Source: the human T2T-CHM13v2.0 reference genome, Homo sapiens. Taken from it: DNA of 64,000 nt. This document shows positions 1-17,019 of the stretch, piece by piece (position 1 is the first letter of the stretch; each line of letters opens with the position of its first letter). The stretch lies in assembly GCF_009914755.1 (NCBI RefSeq), contig NC_060939.1; one strand, written 5' to 3'. The notes below the pieces were generated by a model, which was not told the DNA's origin, searched no databases, and saw nothing but the letters and a program-made list of their open reading frames with translations. Made by a program: the position numbers and the translations under genes.

Positions 1-919
1 TTAAATGACAAGAGCATGTCGAAATAAGAATCAAAATGAGAGGATTTATCATCCTTTGTCAGCCACATTCTTATCCTCAATGCTCAGCAACAGGGCTTAG
101 AGTGCTAAACATTTTGATGCAATAATGACAATGCAGTTCACCAAACAAGGCCAAGCTCAGTGGTTTCCAGGAAACTGAAAAGAGAAAGAATGTGGATAGA
201 AATAGTAGAGACTTCAAATGATGAAGAAAATGAATGAAGTTCAAACTGAGAATCAAAAAGAGACAGAAAAAAGACCTAAAAAGTGTGGTCAATGCATTTG
301 GAATGACTAGAACCAGGGAAAGTTTTTCCTAACAATACTAATAAAACATCTTTGAGAGTATTTTATCATTAGTGGGATCAATGGGATAAGGTCAGATTGA
401 TTATTTTTTATTTAAAATGCAAAAACTAAAATGGAATTCTTTTGATTTGTGAAAGATAGGATCATTATGCAACTTCATCAAAGGTATTTTTACCTAACCC
501 TAGAAGTCAAAAATGTTCTTTATTTTTTAAAAAAAACAAAAAATCTTTATTGTCACAGTGGAACACTCACACCTCTGAAAAATGAGACAAATCATGAATT
601 ATTGTTACTATTCATTTAAATTACTCAAAAAGTCCATCATTATGTTAATGGATTAAAATATCTTTAAATAAGAGAATGATATAATAAAATTGCCTTAATT
701 ATGGCTCCCCTTTCTTTAGGAATAAAGGCAATTTAATAGAAAGTAGAAAATTATCTAATAAAGGTAAGTTACAGCACATATTCTATTTCCCTTCAGATGG
801 TTGTTAGTATATATGCGCCAATATACGAATATATATATATAACATAGTTGATAAAAATCTATCTTAAATGTTTATTTTTATGTTTCGTATCATATATTTT
901 CAATTAAAAGTCATATATT

Positions 920-1224
<305 letters not shown>

Positions 1225-2250
1225 CTAAAAGTCTTCTATTGACAAAGTCCACGTACTTGTCATTTTTATCATCCTACCATAGAATTAAATGGGTTAATAT
1301 TATATAAGTTGCTTTGACATTCCCTTCTTTGAGAACATTTATTTCCTGGGTTTTTTGTTTGGTTGGTTGTTTGGTTTCCTCGGGCATTATTACTTTGAAA
1401 ATATTCCTAAAAGTAGAATTATACAGGTCAAAAATATGAATCATATTATAGCTGTTGTTACATTTATTGACCAATTGTTTTCCAGGAGAAAAAATAACCC
1501 ATTCAAACAGCTACCAATAATGTCCAAATATCGCTGTCCCAATCTTTACACCACTCTTACTGACACATAATGATATCACATTTGTCATTCTTTTGGCTGG
1601 CCTAACGGGTGTATATAGTTCCTACAGGTTGTCTGAATATGAATTTTAATTGCTGATAAGGCTGAATATTATTCCTTGTGATGACTCACTCTATTTTTCT
1701 AAATATATAAAAACCACTTACTGAGATACAATAAGCAATGATCTCTTGTACATGTAGATGCTTTCCATATTTTTAAACATTAATTTATTTCTGTTTATAG
1801 ACACAACATATGTATATTACAGACAGTCTGAGATATAAACAAAAGCACAAGAATAATATAAAAATCACCCATAATCCCAACACACTTTTCCCTTTAAATA
1901 CTGTGTGTTACAAAAAGTTAATTTCCTTTCTCCGCCTCCCCATCCATCCCGATCCCCGCTAAAAGTAATTACTGTTAAGCATTTGGTATATGTATATTGT
2001 TCCAGGACTTTCCTATGTTTCTTTCTATAAAAATAGAATCACACTGATCATTGTCTTCTGCAACAGGCTCTTTTTCCTTAATACTCTATCACAGACATCT
2101 TTTCAAGATACATAGACCTATCTCATTCTTTTGATAGGCAGATGGTATTCTAATCTGTGTACAGTAAGTTATGAAACTGGGTCAAAGCAAGGCAAAAGGG
2201 TCCCAGCTGATATCTGAGGTATATACATTACAATTTTTCAGTTACGGTCT

Positions 2251-2313
2251 CATAGGTAACTGCCACCAGTTCCCCTGCCCCCATAGGTATCTGCCACCAG
2301 TTCCTCTGCCCCC
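2251..2313. repeat. Two-copy tandem repeat, about 31 bp unit
   Basis: cataggtaactgccaccagttcccctgcccc followed by cataggtatctgccaccagttcctctgccccc. Confidence 0.9.
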
Positions 2314-2819
2314 TTGATCTTTCACTGCAATCACCCAACCTCTCCTCACCCTTGCCTCAACTCATCAACCCTCATCTCCAGCTTTGGTGGACTGCTGAGG
2401 GCTGTCAGAGAAACCTTTCAGCCTTCCTGACTGGCTCCATTTCACAGCAGGGTTTCCAACCTCCCCTGGGCTACCTGATTGTTTACCATTGCTTTTTTCT
2501 CATCTTCACTAGCTCTATTCCAGTCCCTTCCTACCCTTCTTCAATCCCCACTCTACCCTCCCACTCTGACCATACGGAGAGGTCGCTAATTTACAGAGTA
2601 AGTAGAGAACATTCAAACATGGCCTCACCCACCTTCTCTTCATCTCTCATCCTGCCTTTCTTGGCCCACCCTTCCTTTCTTTCACCCCAAGTCAGGAAAA
2701 GGGTACCTTGGTTCTTCTCCAAGGCTTACCCCTCCATCTTCAATGTTGCCCTCCATACGATGTCCTTCCCCCCTTATCCTGGAAACAAGCTTATGTAAAT
2801 GCCATATTAATTATGTTAA

Positions 2820-3045
2820 TAATAAAAATGTATATAGCACTTAAAATGTCCAGACCCTCTTCTAAGTACCTTATATATACTAATTTAAACTTCATAACAG
2901 CCCTATGAGGTGAGTGTTACAGTAATTGTAATTATCTCCATTCTACAGATTAGTGAATTGAAGCACATTGGGCTCAGGGGACCTGCCAAGGTCACACAGC
3001 TACTAAGTGAGATTCAAACCCCAAGCAGTCTGGCCCTTAACCACC
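2820..3045 (-). mobile_element. MIR SINE
   Basis: Reverse MIR core: acagccctatgagg...ccattctacagat...ccaaggtcacacagcta...gattcaaaccc. Confidence 0.85.
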
Positions 3046-4831
3046 AAGCCCCCTATATAAAGCTTATATAATGGGACCAGGGAAATGATTTAGAGCAGAG
3101 TGGAGTTAGAAGACTGGATGGGCAGAGAAGCCTGTAGAGCGCCCCAACCAACAGAAAACTACTCTCTTGTTTGTCTGGTTTGAAGTACCAGAGACAAACA
3201 TCACTGGTATGGGAAATGATGGAGAGACTGTCTGTGGGGGCTGTCTTATGGTGCCTATTCTATGAAAGCGGATACTCCCATTATCTCTTCATTCTAACAT
3301 CTCAGATTGTCTCCATACAAGTAGTTAACCTGGTGGAAAAACTCTTATCCATGGCTAAAGCCACTACACCTAATACCATGGGAACCAACTAGGCAAGCAG
3401 CAGGTGCCTCAGCACAAACTCCCTGACATGTGAAAAGAGCTCAAAGCACAGCTCCTCCACCTACTCACCATCTACAGGCTGCCTGCTTATGCCTGAGACA
3501 CTCACCTAAACCATCCAGGCACCCCATGATACTTCAACACTCTCTCTACCCAGCCAGTGTCACTCCAGTCTACTTTGAATACTTAGTCCCAGACAGACCA
3601 TTTCCAATGAGATAATTCTAACTTTCTTCCTCAATATTTACCAGAAATACGTCTCTTTTTGGCTTCCCAATCACCATGCATTTTCCTCCTCCACTATAAA
3701 GAATCAAATTAACATTTAACATGTTAGCCCTTTAAATCTCTTTGGGAAGTTACCATCTGTGATTTTTCTACCAAACCACTCCCCTTCCCTCCTACCCCAA
3801 CCAACACACACAAAACACACTAGTCCCTTCTTTGCTGGGCTAAATAAATACATGTAGCCCCATTAACAATCCTTCATATGACCTGGTTTTACATCTCTTC
3901 CTCATCTTGGTCACTCTAATATCTAAATATGATCCATTTTGCTTACTTCTCTCTTAATGTGTCCCAGAGCAGCTGTATGACACTGTTGACTCACACTAAG
4001 GAAATCCTACAGATGTGCTTCACACATGCTACTTCCAGCACCCAAGGCTCATCCTTCCTCCACTCTCAGAGCTGCTTTTCAAGGCCCCTATATGCCTACT
4101 GAGTTTCATATTAAATGTGTGAGCTTCAACCTCATTCCATTGTGTCTACTTCCCCTAGCTCCTAATAGCTAAATCCACTGATGCCAACACTACCACCTCC
4201 TACAGACTAAATCAAATCCCACTTCCTCAACCAGTCTTGACCAAGACAAATGTGTATCAGCAGCCTCAGCCTAACCCTGAAACACAGAATTAAGCTACTT
4301 TTCCAGCCTTTACTGACAAATCAATCCTAGATGCAGGCGTTTCCAGTAACCCCCAGGGTTCCTATACTGCCCCTTAGCTCACTCTTTCTTCTCCCATCGC
4401 TAAAACAGGATATGGGTTTGATCCCTAGATCACCAATTCAGTGGCCACAGATTACCTCTTCCACCAGTAATCCTGAAAGGATGTTCCATTGCAGGAGGCA
4501 GAATAAGGCAAAACTGCAAAGTTGGCCATTTCCTATCATTCAGAAACCACATTCTCTGGTTGGAGGGCAGTAGACTAATTTTGTATATAGAAAAGACAAT
4601 CTCGCATTCTCCTAAAAAGTGTTACTAAACTTTCAAAAGTAACTTTCAATAGAAGATTTAATCCAATTAATAACAAATATTTAGGAAACACAAACTAGTT
4701 TTAGATACTATATATTACAAATAACATCACTTCTTATCAAAAATAAGTGTGCCAAGAATCGCTGGCAAAAGAACAGAGGTCATCTTGCACTACTCTCTTG
4801 ATTTTAAAGCAATGAAATGAAGTCTCTCAGA

Positions 4832-5151
4832 CAGTGGTCCCCAACCCTTTAGGCAATAGGGGGAGGGGTGGGGGAGGGGTATGGTTTTTGGATGAAACTG
4901 TCCCACCTTAGGTCATCAGGCATTAGATTTTCACAAGGAGCATGCAAACTAGACCTCTGGCATGTGCAGTTCACAACAGGACTCGCGCTCCTATGAGAAT
5001 CTAATGCCACTGATCTGACAGGAGGCAGAGCTCAGGTAAAGCAAGAGATGGGGAGTAGCTGTAAATACAAACGAAGCCACCCTCACCTGCTGCTCACCAC
5101 CTGCTGAGCGGCCCAGTACCTGGTCCTTGGCCCAGGCGTGGGGGACCCCTG
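4832..5151. mobile_element. MER1B-like hAT-Charlie non-autonomous transposon
   Basis: TIRs cagtggtccccaac / ggggacccctg; 8-bp TSD ctctcaga/ctctaaga; internal tcaggcattagatt...gagaatctaatgcc. Confidence 0.88.
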
Positions 5152-5403
5152 CTCTAAGAAACTATGTAATTTATTCAAGGTCACAGAGCAGGCTATTAAC
5201 AAAACTGAAACAAGGACTCAGGTCTCCAGATTCCCGGCTGAAATAATATCTAGTCATCTATGAGGTACAGTGCGTTTTCAGAGTTTGAAACACACAGTAT
5301 CTTCCCCTCAACAGGTCACGTGGTACACAACATGAATCCACAATTATGAAATCAGTTATGAATCTACAGTTATGAAACACTAAGCAATGAAAACATACAA
5401 CAG

Positions 5404-5663
5404 GGCCAGGCATGGTGGCTCAAGCCTGTAATCCCAGCACTCCAGGAGGCCAAGGTGGACAGATTGCTTGAGCCCAGGAGTTAGAGACAAGCCTGGGAAA
5501 CAAGGCAAACCCCCGTCTCTCCTAAATATAAAAAAATTAGCTGGTCATGGTGGCACACACCTGTAGTCCTAACTACTCAGGAGGCTGAGGTGGGAGGACT
5601 ACCTGCACTCCAACTTGGGCGACAGAAGTGATACTCTGTCTCAGAAAAAAAAAAAAAAAAAAA
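5404..5663 (+). mobile_element. Alu (AluJ-like) with right-arm internal deletion
   Basis: Right arm jumps from gggaggact to ctgcactcc; poly-A; TSD aaaacata(c/a)aacag. Confidence 0.93.
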
Positions 5664-5879
5664 ACATAAAACAGTACAGATCAACATTCATGGGCCTTTA
5701 TCATGCAGACAACAGCCTCTGAAAGTGTTGACTATAAAACACAAAACTATGAAAATTAAATTTGTATAGGGGAACCCAAACATTTTGCTCATGATTACTG
5801 ATTATAACAAGTTTATCACACTTTAATTCACAAAAAAAGACATTAATCATGAAAAGGAAATCAAGTCTCAGAAAGGCAG

Positions 5880-6105
5880 TAATAGCATAGTTATTAAATG
5901 TTAACCATTTGAATCCTACCTCCTCCACTTACTAGCTGTATAACCTCAAGGAATTAGTCAACCTCTCTTTCACTCCATTTCTTCATCTATAAAATGAGGA
6001 CTGTGGTATTTATCTCATGGAGCAGTTGCAATGATTAAATACTTTAGTATCTGTAAAATACTTGGGACAGTGCCTGGCTCATAGTTGGTATTCAATAATT
6101 GCTCT
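5880..6105 (+). mobile_element. MIR SINE
   Basis: ccacttactagctgt...ttcatctataaaatgagg...acagtgcctggc. Confidence 0.85.
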
Positions 6106-6313
6106 TATCTACTCATGTATTATTCTTTTCCACTTGGATAACAACCAACTCTTGACATTTGTCATATCCCTTTAAGTGTAGCCAAATTCCATAAGGCACT
6201 GGAATGACATACGATTTCTTAAAGGACCCTGGTTTTGAGCCAAAAATTAAATAATGGTAGAGATGTGGTAGAAAGTAACAGCTACATGTTCAAGGTATGT
6301 GATAAATGGCCAA

Positions 6314-6673
6314 TGTGTTAGTCTGTCTGGGCAACAAAATAATGGTATTTTGGGTGGTTTATAAACAACACAAATTTATTTCTCACAGTTCTAGAAGCTG
6401 GGAAGTCCAAGATCGAAGAGCTGGCAGGTTTGGTGCCTAGTAAGGGCCCATTTCCTTCTTGATAGGGATGACTTCTCACTACGTCCTCACATGGTAAAAG
6501 GGGCAAATGAGTCCCCTGGGGCCTCTTTTATAAAGTCACTAATTTCACTCACGAGGGCTTCACTGACATGACCTAATCACTTGCCCAAATTCCCCACCTC
6601 CTAATCCCATCACCTTGGGGACTAGGGTTTCAACAGGGATTCTGAGGGGTCACAAACATCCAAACCACAGCAG
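6314..6673 (-). mobile_element. MLT1A-like MaLR solo LTR
   Basis: aaatttatttctcacagttctagaagctgggaagtccaagatc...catgacctaatcac...accacagca. Confidence 0.8.
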
Positions 6674-6715
6674 TCAGAAATCAGGAGAATGGATCATGGG
6701 GAGTGACAGGCTTAG

Positions 6716-7190
<475 letters not shown>

Positions 7191-8488
7191 CATTCCTACT
7201 TCTTCTACTTCATCCCATCAACAGAATCAGAGAAATCTCTCTGAAAATGGAAATAGAGGTCTCCCTGAAATATAATGCCCATGAGATTTCTCATGCAAAG
7301 CAAATAAAAATGAGCTATAAAAAAAGCACGATGTATTCATTCCCTTTAGATCTGCTGCCTAACTCTCATTAGGGGGCCTGAGCTCCTGTAGGCTCTGTGT
7401 CAGTGCTGCTGCAGTGGGCCTGCAGGCAGTGAGGGCAGTTCAGCTGGGCTTGATTACAAGGTGTGAAGATGGGATTGTGGCACACTCTCAGGGGCTCTGA
7501 AGGGCATCACATTTTAAAATCACTCACCTGATGTTTACTCCATGGTGCAGCATATTAAGTGGAATAATGAGAGAAGGGAGTGACTGGAAACAAGAAATCC
7601 TACAAAAACCAGGTTATAAGTGGCTAAGGCATGAGGTGACAACACTGAGAGAAGGGTGATAAAAGTAGGGACCAAAAAAAAAGATTTTGAGTCTTAAGAA
7701 ACTCAGGAAGAATATGGCAACAAACTAGTCACATTGGTTAAAACTCAAAGAAGCTTGAAGATCACCCAAGATGACAGAATTTAGTAGGAGACCAAAAGGG
7801 GTTACTGCAGGTAATTACCGCAAGACCACAATCACAAGCTCAGCCTTGACATGTTTAATTTTAGGTAAAATCCAGGTATCCAGCTGAAAACATTCTATGG
7901 GTAGTGGGAAAATCATAGTATGACAGAGCAATTCTAAGAGGTTCAGAGCATCAACCAGCTCACAACTTAGTTGCTTTAAGAGTTTTCACTCATCAGGAAT
8001 GACATGTCTTTATGTTGAGCAAGAAAAACATGAAGTAGGCCAAGAAAGATTTGGAATGCATTAAAATTAACTAGTTACTAATAATATATTAGTAATTGCA
8101 AACAAAAAGAGAATTTAAGCTATAAGTTCAAAACATAGGGAAGATTTTAGGGAGAACTACCAAATTTTTCCACGAAAAACAAATATTTGTGTCACTGTCA
8201 GAATATTAGGATTATGGATTATTATTCTGACTTCACATAGTATCTTACACACTATCTGAAGTCAGAATATGTTTTATATGTTATTTAATGTTTTATATTA
8301 TATAAATTGCTTAAATTAAGAATAATATCAAAGTCCTACGAATTATATTTTTAGCTTTTATTCACATTGTTACTGACAAATTCACATGGCTGATTTAACA
8401 CATGAGAACAGTCATAAAACAGTCAAAAGAGACTGAAACCTTTTTTGGTACAAGTGTTGGTTACAATTAAACTTTAAATAAGAGAGAT

Positions 8489-8785
<297 letters not shown>

Positions 8786-9189
8786 CTAATTTAAAGAAAA
8801 AAAAAAAACATCATTCACAGGCTGGAAATGTGCTGTCACATACCACCTCAAAGCAACTGAGCCTTGAGGGTTAGCTTTGCTTCTCAAACAATTATTTCTT
8901 CCCTTCAAAACAATATGTATAACGCTTTAAAGTCTTCCCATTTTAGGAGGTAAATGTCCAACTGTACATATAACAAGTAGGAAAGGAACCCAACTTCTGT
9001 AATCATTTGGGAAGCAGAAGGAGACAGTGAAAACAGCTGGAGCCAGGAAACAGGAACCTGGGTTCTGGTCCCTGCTCTGATACTTACCAGCTTGAGACCT
9101 TGGACTTTTCTTTGGACTTCAAGTTTATCATGTATAAATAAGAAGGAAAAAACCCTGCCCATCCATATTATTAGAAGCAGCTGTGTAAT

Positions 9190-9335
9190 AATGGGAAGAA
9201 AACTGGATTTGGCAAGGTCAGGAGTTTTGAATCTTTGCCCTGCCTGGTTCCTGACTAGACTGACCTGAGGGAAATGAATTAACCTCTCTGAGCTTCAGTT
9301 TCATCATCTGTAAAACAGTAACAGTAATAATAGAT
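9190..9335 (+). mobile_element. MIR fragment (a second lies at about 9040-9140)
   Basis: taacctctctgagcttcagtttcatcatctgtaaaa core. Confidence 0.75.
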
Positions 9336-9783
9336 CTAGGCTAAAAGTCATCACAGTATGTAGTAGGCAAGCAACAAATCTTAATGCCAAACAAATGCGA
9401 GCTGAATATGTCCTTTGAAAAGACTAAGTATTACATAATGAAAGTACTTCATTATTGTCTGCAATATTTATATTGACAGAACCATATTTTCCCAAAGTTA
9501 ATGTTATTTCTGGGTGATAAAAATGGGCATTTCTTGATAGGAATTTGGTCCTGTATCTAAGATTAAACTTCCTTTCTCACATACATCTGCTCTGTGTTGC
9601 CATATAAGTGATGGGCAGTAATGACATTTTTGAAATCACTCAAGCCATAATCCTGCTACTCCCTCATTCCTTACATAGAGATGGTCACCAGGAATACTAT
9701 CTAGTTGCCAATCCCTAATACCTCTCTAATCAAGGCACTTGTTTCTTTCTCACCGTCTTAGTTAAGATATCCTCATCATTCAC

Positions 9784-10251
<468 letters not shown>

Positions 10252-10856
10252 ACTTAGGTTGCTGCCAGAGCCTCCTGGCTGGTCTTGATGCTACCAGTCA
10301 CCCTGTTGATTCCATTCTTTGCAGGGAAGACACAGAACAAGGTGCAAAGTATTCATGCTTTAGGCCCTGCCAATCTCTTCATCTCATTTCCCACTGCTTG
10401 AGACTCAGACTCAAATGTGCAGCAATATTCACTACTACCAGTTCCCCCAATTCCAACCCTCCAACTCCTGAGACTCCTACCCATTTTGGGCCCAGTTCAA
10501 GCATATTTCCATAATATTCCCTGACATACCCACAAAGGACAAATTATTCTCTCAGCCACGCCACATGCTCCTTTATTGCACTTACCACACTGTCACCACC
10601 TAGACAGTGACATGGCTGACCCTATTCTCTGCATCCCAATGCAAACTATAATCCTGAAGCTGTGTAAGCACTGGCCAATAGACTGTAATTTGGGTTTTCG
10701 AAACTTTCATCAAACTAGCAATGAATTTCAGTAAAATTCTTATTGTATACAGTTCTACCAAGCAAATTATTAAGAGTGCGTCAATTTCAAGAAGTGATTA
10801 TTTTATATTTGGCTTCATTTCTCACTTCTGGTAGCTTTCAATCTCTAGAAGCATCC

Positions 10857-11280
10857 TGATATCGTTTGGATCTCTGTCCCTACCAAATCTCATGTCGAAT
10901 TGTAACCCCCAGTGTTGGAGGTGGCGCCTGGTGGGAGGTGATTGGGTCATGGGGGTGGAGTTCTCATGAATGGGTTAGCACCATCCCTCAGTACTGCTCT
11001 CATGATTGTGAGTGAATGAGTTACCATGAGGTCTGGTTGTTTACAAGTGTGTAGCACCTCCCTCTTCTCTCTCTCTTCCTCTTGCTCTGGCCATGTAAGA
11101 AGTGCCTGCTTCCCCTTCACCTTCTGCCATGATTGTAAGTTTCCTGAGGCCTCCCCAAAAGCAGAAGCTGCTGTGCCTCCTGTACAGCCTGCAGAACCGC
11201 GAGCCAATTAAACCTCTTTTCTTTATAAATTACCCATTCTCAGGTATTTCTTTATAGCAGTGAAAGAACAGACTAATACA
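10857..11280 (+). mobile_element. MSTA/MSTB-type MaLR solo LTR
   Basis: TG...CA ends, 424 bp, tgatatcgtttggatctc...attaaacctcttttctttataaattaccc...actaataca; 5-bp TSD catcc/catct. Confidence 0.92.
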
Positions 11281-11509
11281 CATCTAGAGGCTGAATTATT
11301 ATCAGAAATATTTTTTAAAGGAAATCTAATGTTAGGGGGAAGTTTGGAAAAAATGGTATCAAGGTCTCTTTGCAATGCTAAGCAGTCAGCATTTTATAAA
11401 CTTTCATGAAGATACACCAGCTATGAAGTAGGACACATGGTAATCTGCAAAACACCCCGGATTTCATTTTTAAATTGAAATTATTTTAATAATCTACAAC
11501 TATGATTTT

Positions 11510-12499
<990 letters not shown>

Positions 12500-12500
<1 letters not shown>

Positions 12501-13400
12501 CACCTGCCACAGCTGGGACAATCAGAGTGTTTCTCCTTGAGCTCCATCTTCTGGTTAGGTTTAGTCAAAGTGAGGGGAGAGTACAGGACAGAAGGAGAGA
12601 GAGCTTAGGGTATTTTTTCCCCTTCCCCTAATGCTTTTGCATCACAGTTTGGGCAGTGATGTATCCCTGAGATGTGCTGAGTTTTCTTAGATTCAACTGC
12701 ATATTCATGCTCAAAGACTAACAGAGGACACACTTAGAGCCACTCTACTCAGAAGGTTATAAGACAGGAAACACAGCAGGCCAGTATCAGGTATCCCTTT
12801 TCAATGGGAGTGTTTGCTACAGTCCATGCCAAAACAATATAGGTATAAAGAGCAAAACAGCTATAAGCTGACTGTCTTAAAATCCTCATATCCTACAGGA
12901 GCCATTATCTCTTGAAATGGCCCCATAGGCACACCGAGTCCAAGGACCCAGCAAGAAACGTGCCCAGCCACAAGAATCACTGCAGTCAGAGATGGCCAAA
13001 ATACAGCTTCTCCATCAGGTCTTTATAATTCTCCCAATCCAGGGATCATTTTAAGCATAAGCAAAGTCGCCTCCTAACATATTCAGCATGCCAACTTTTC
13101 TCAGATTGCCAAGGAAACAGAGTTAGGAAACTAATTACCGCTCAAGCGCTCACGCTGAGGGGGCTGGGGTTGGCTAACCCTTTGCCCATGTCCTCTATTA
13201 TTACAACTTCAGATGGCCAGTTCTTCTCCCACAATTCCAGCTCTTGCTGAGCTCCCACACACTTTTTCTTCCCCCATCCACGGTGGCTAGTCTCTCGGTG
13301 TCCCAACATCCACTGTTAGCTCCTTTAAATCTATATAAATAGTCCCTTCATATAATTATCTTCGAAATCCAAGCTAGGTATTCCTTCTGTTTCTTGTCAA
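12500..13400. mobile_element. Probable nested old ERVL/ERV1 LTR fragments, family unresolved
   Basis: LTR-like composition and motifs; family not confidently recognised. Confidence 0.35.
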
Positions 13401-13409
13401 AAACTCTAA

Positions 13410-13565
13410 CATAGATATATACATAGATAGATAGATAGATATAGATACAGATATAGATATACACACACACACATATATATACACACACACAAATATAATT
13501 ATATACATATATATGTGTGTGTACATATATATGTGTGTATATATATATAGTCTGTGTGCGTATAG
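13410..13565. repeat. Compound microsatellite (TAGA)n/(CA)n/(TA)n/(TG)n
   Basis: Directly visible. Confidence 0.95.
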
Positions 13566-13671
13566 AGAAATAGACTGGAAGGAAATTTAACAATAATTAA
13601 CTTGGCAAAAATCCTGATGATTTAATCTTATTTTTCTTATTTTTTTGTAGTTCCTGAATTTCCTACAATAA

Positions 13672-13997
<326 letters not shown>

Positions 13998-16900
13998 ATT
14001 TTTTATTTTTAATAAACTTTTCTGCCAAAGCCATTTTTGTCCTGCTCTGACAATGTGACTCTCCATACCTAAGAGGTATACACCCGAAGGTTGGATTCTA
14101 GCTTCCAATCCAATCAGCTGTGCACTTTTGAGGAAGTCACCTCCTCTTTCTGGGTCTCAGTTACTTCTGAGAAAGTTATTTCCCCTTCTAATAGCTTATG
14201 AGTCTATAATTCTCTACAGTTAGACCCAAAGGATATATAACAGCTTTCTTCAGTCATGGCCTCCGATGGCATAACCATATAGTTCAAATATTCGAAAAAT
14301 ACTGTATGATGAAAGCAGAGGCCAAGAGGGGGCAAGAAAAGGTTGCCACTGATGCTGATGAAAATTGCCCAGCTGCAAAAAGCTCTGTGGTGCCAGGAAA
14401 GATTCTTTTTTCACAACAAAGTGCCAACCAGTACTATCTGTCCTCGTGATCATCAGGAAATATCTTGATTTCTCATAGTAGAAATATTTAATCAGATTAT
14501 CTGACCAACATATCATTTCTGTGTTTCTGGGTCATACAGGAATGCCTTCATGGAGAATTCAATAAAAGCTCTCCTCCATATGCCACAAGAAGAGAACTGT
14601 CCCTGAGGCCAAGATCAATAGATACTTGTTGATTTGACTAATTGGTTGCCAAGAGATTCTGAGTTTATCCTTAGAAAAATTATCTGTGGTGTTGACTAGG
14701 CCAAAAGGGATCTTTGAAGCAAAATAAACTCATTTTCAAAAATCAAAAACAGCAAATTACCCGCAGCTTCGTAAGTTATCTGATATGCAAATAAGGCATG
14801 CGTTAGGATTGGGAAAATACAAACCTGCCTAAATAAAGACAGCTTGTCCTATGTTTTCGAGACAATGCTATACATTTCTGTAGGTTCCTGCTATTTCTTG
14901 TCATTAGATGGATCGTGTGTCTGGCAGTACCAAAAGCAGGGAAAAAGATACTTCAGGCAGATTGTTTTTATCACCTTGGAATAATGCCATAAAATGAAGG
15001 AAACCTTGACTACATCAGAAGCTTAACAGAGGAAAGCAAAGAAATATAAACTTCACAGTAATCTGTAAAATGGAGGTGGCAAGGGCAGTTTCCCAGATTT
15101 AACTGGAGATCTAACAGATTGGCACTGGAGGTAAAGAGCTCTGAAGTAACTTCTTGTTTGTTCCTCAAACCCCGAAATGCATGCTCCTGTGGCTTCTATG
15201 GGTTTTGGAAATGAGCAGATGGTCAATAAGATTTCTGTGCCTGTGACTAGCATACATTTAAAAAATCCTAAATTCCTGCCCTCAACCAACACACACCTAA
15301 GTACATTTGGGGTCAAGTAGAGTCCATGGCCCTTACTGGAACTATACAAATCCCTGGACCCAATAATAAAACATCTTTCAGAATTACATGTCAAACAATG
15401 GTCTGTATTTCCTCAATTTTAGCTAATATTGAGACAGGAAGACATCAAAAAAAAATTAATTGTTGCTGTCAGCAATAATAGCATGATCTTGGCAAGAAAG
15501 GAGATCAATACAAACTACAATTTTCCTCAATCAAATGTTTGCTAATTTTTTCTCAAGCTTATCAAATTGTGTACAATTGAATCAATATTTCAAGAATAAG
15601 AAAATAAATCAAATTAAGGAGGACCTTTATATTCAATTAAACTAGTTAGTTTAAGAACACAGCAATGCCTCCTGTCAAGGAGAGCCATTTCTGAGGCCCT
15701 CCCCAACCAGAAAAAAAATCTAACGGTGAACTGGAATTCTAGATTTAGTAAAGCTGACTTCATGAGAGATGAATAAAATATACTTGTATATAACAGCCAA
15801 ATGGAATAGAATTTACTATTGAATCCGGTTGCTAAGGATTTAAGAAACTGAATGCTTACATAACTCCTATATCTTAGATATTTCTGGAGAGAACTGGAAT
15901 CTGATACTTCTACGAATAAGAAGTATGGTAACTAAATTATAGAACATCACTCAGTTTTATGGTGGGATTTACAATACGTGGAAAGAACGAACTGATTTGT
16001 TGAGGGTTAGGAGATGGATAAAGAAAAGTATGCACAGTTAAACCACAGATCTTAAGAAAAAATTGCTTCAATTAGTTCTCTTGCTAAGACAAAATGAAAA
16101 TAAAAAGCAGATGTAAAAACTGCAACCACATATTATTCACACTACAGAAAGAGCAGTAATATGCCATTCTTTCTTTTGACTGTGACCACAAGCTTTGTTT
16201 TATGCTAAGGAAATCAGATACGTAAAAGCCAAATGCTGCTTTTAAAACATTGCCATAAAGTTAAGTGCTGGGCCAGAGCATCTATATGAGAACATCACAA
16301 TCAGTGAGCCCATAAGGAAAAGAAGACTTCTTATCTGCCCTTTTCACAAAGACCAACACCTCCTTCATCTCTGAGCCACATTCCTAGAGTTCCTCAAACT
16401 ATTCTGACTTAACCACATTGACTCAACCACATTTATCATCTTAAATCTATATGCATACCAACTTACTACCTTATAGTTACCATACAGAGATAAGTCAGAA
16501 AGTCTATGTTTCAACTTGTTCAGAAAACTGTTTTCTTGACCAACAAAGATAAATCTTCAAAGGAATTTTTAAAATATCATGCCTTCATCAAATAACCTTT
16601 CCTTTCTCTGTGCTCCCGCAGCATACACTTTCCGTACTTTTCATCTGATCAGTGCCCATCTGGTGGTGGTTCTTGTTTCATTGCACAGTTACTCCACAAC
16701 TTGTTCTATTGTTTACATCATATCCTCTGGTATCCTACAAGCTACCTTGAGGTCAGAGATCAAGCTTCATACTAGTCTGGACACTACATCAACCACTACA
16801 GTGTCTCCTATGAAATAAGCAGGCATTCAAAAATGTATTGACGATCTCTGCAAAGGCTGAACAAGTAACATAAATGCATGAAGTGGGCCTTAGGGCCTGC

Positions 16901-17019
16901 CATACAATATAGAGTGGTGGATACTGCAGCAAACCGGAGAATCTGTGCCCCATAGAAAGAGCAGTTGCTATTCATCTCAATTCGGTAATTGTCAAGCAAG
17001 AAGTTAGGTCTAATGCTGA

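Noticed and set aside
2352-2798. Longest ORF in the track (148 aa)
   Set aside because: TTG start in pyrimidine-rich, probably old LINE-derived sequence; no recognisable protein or splice structure.
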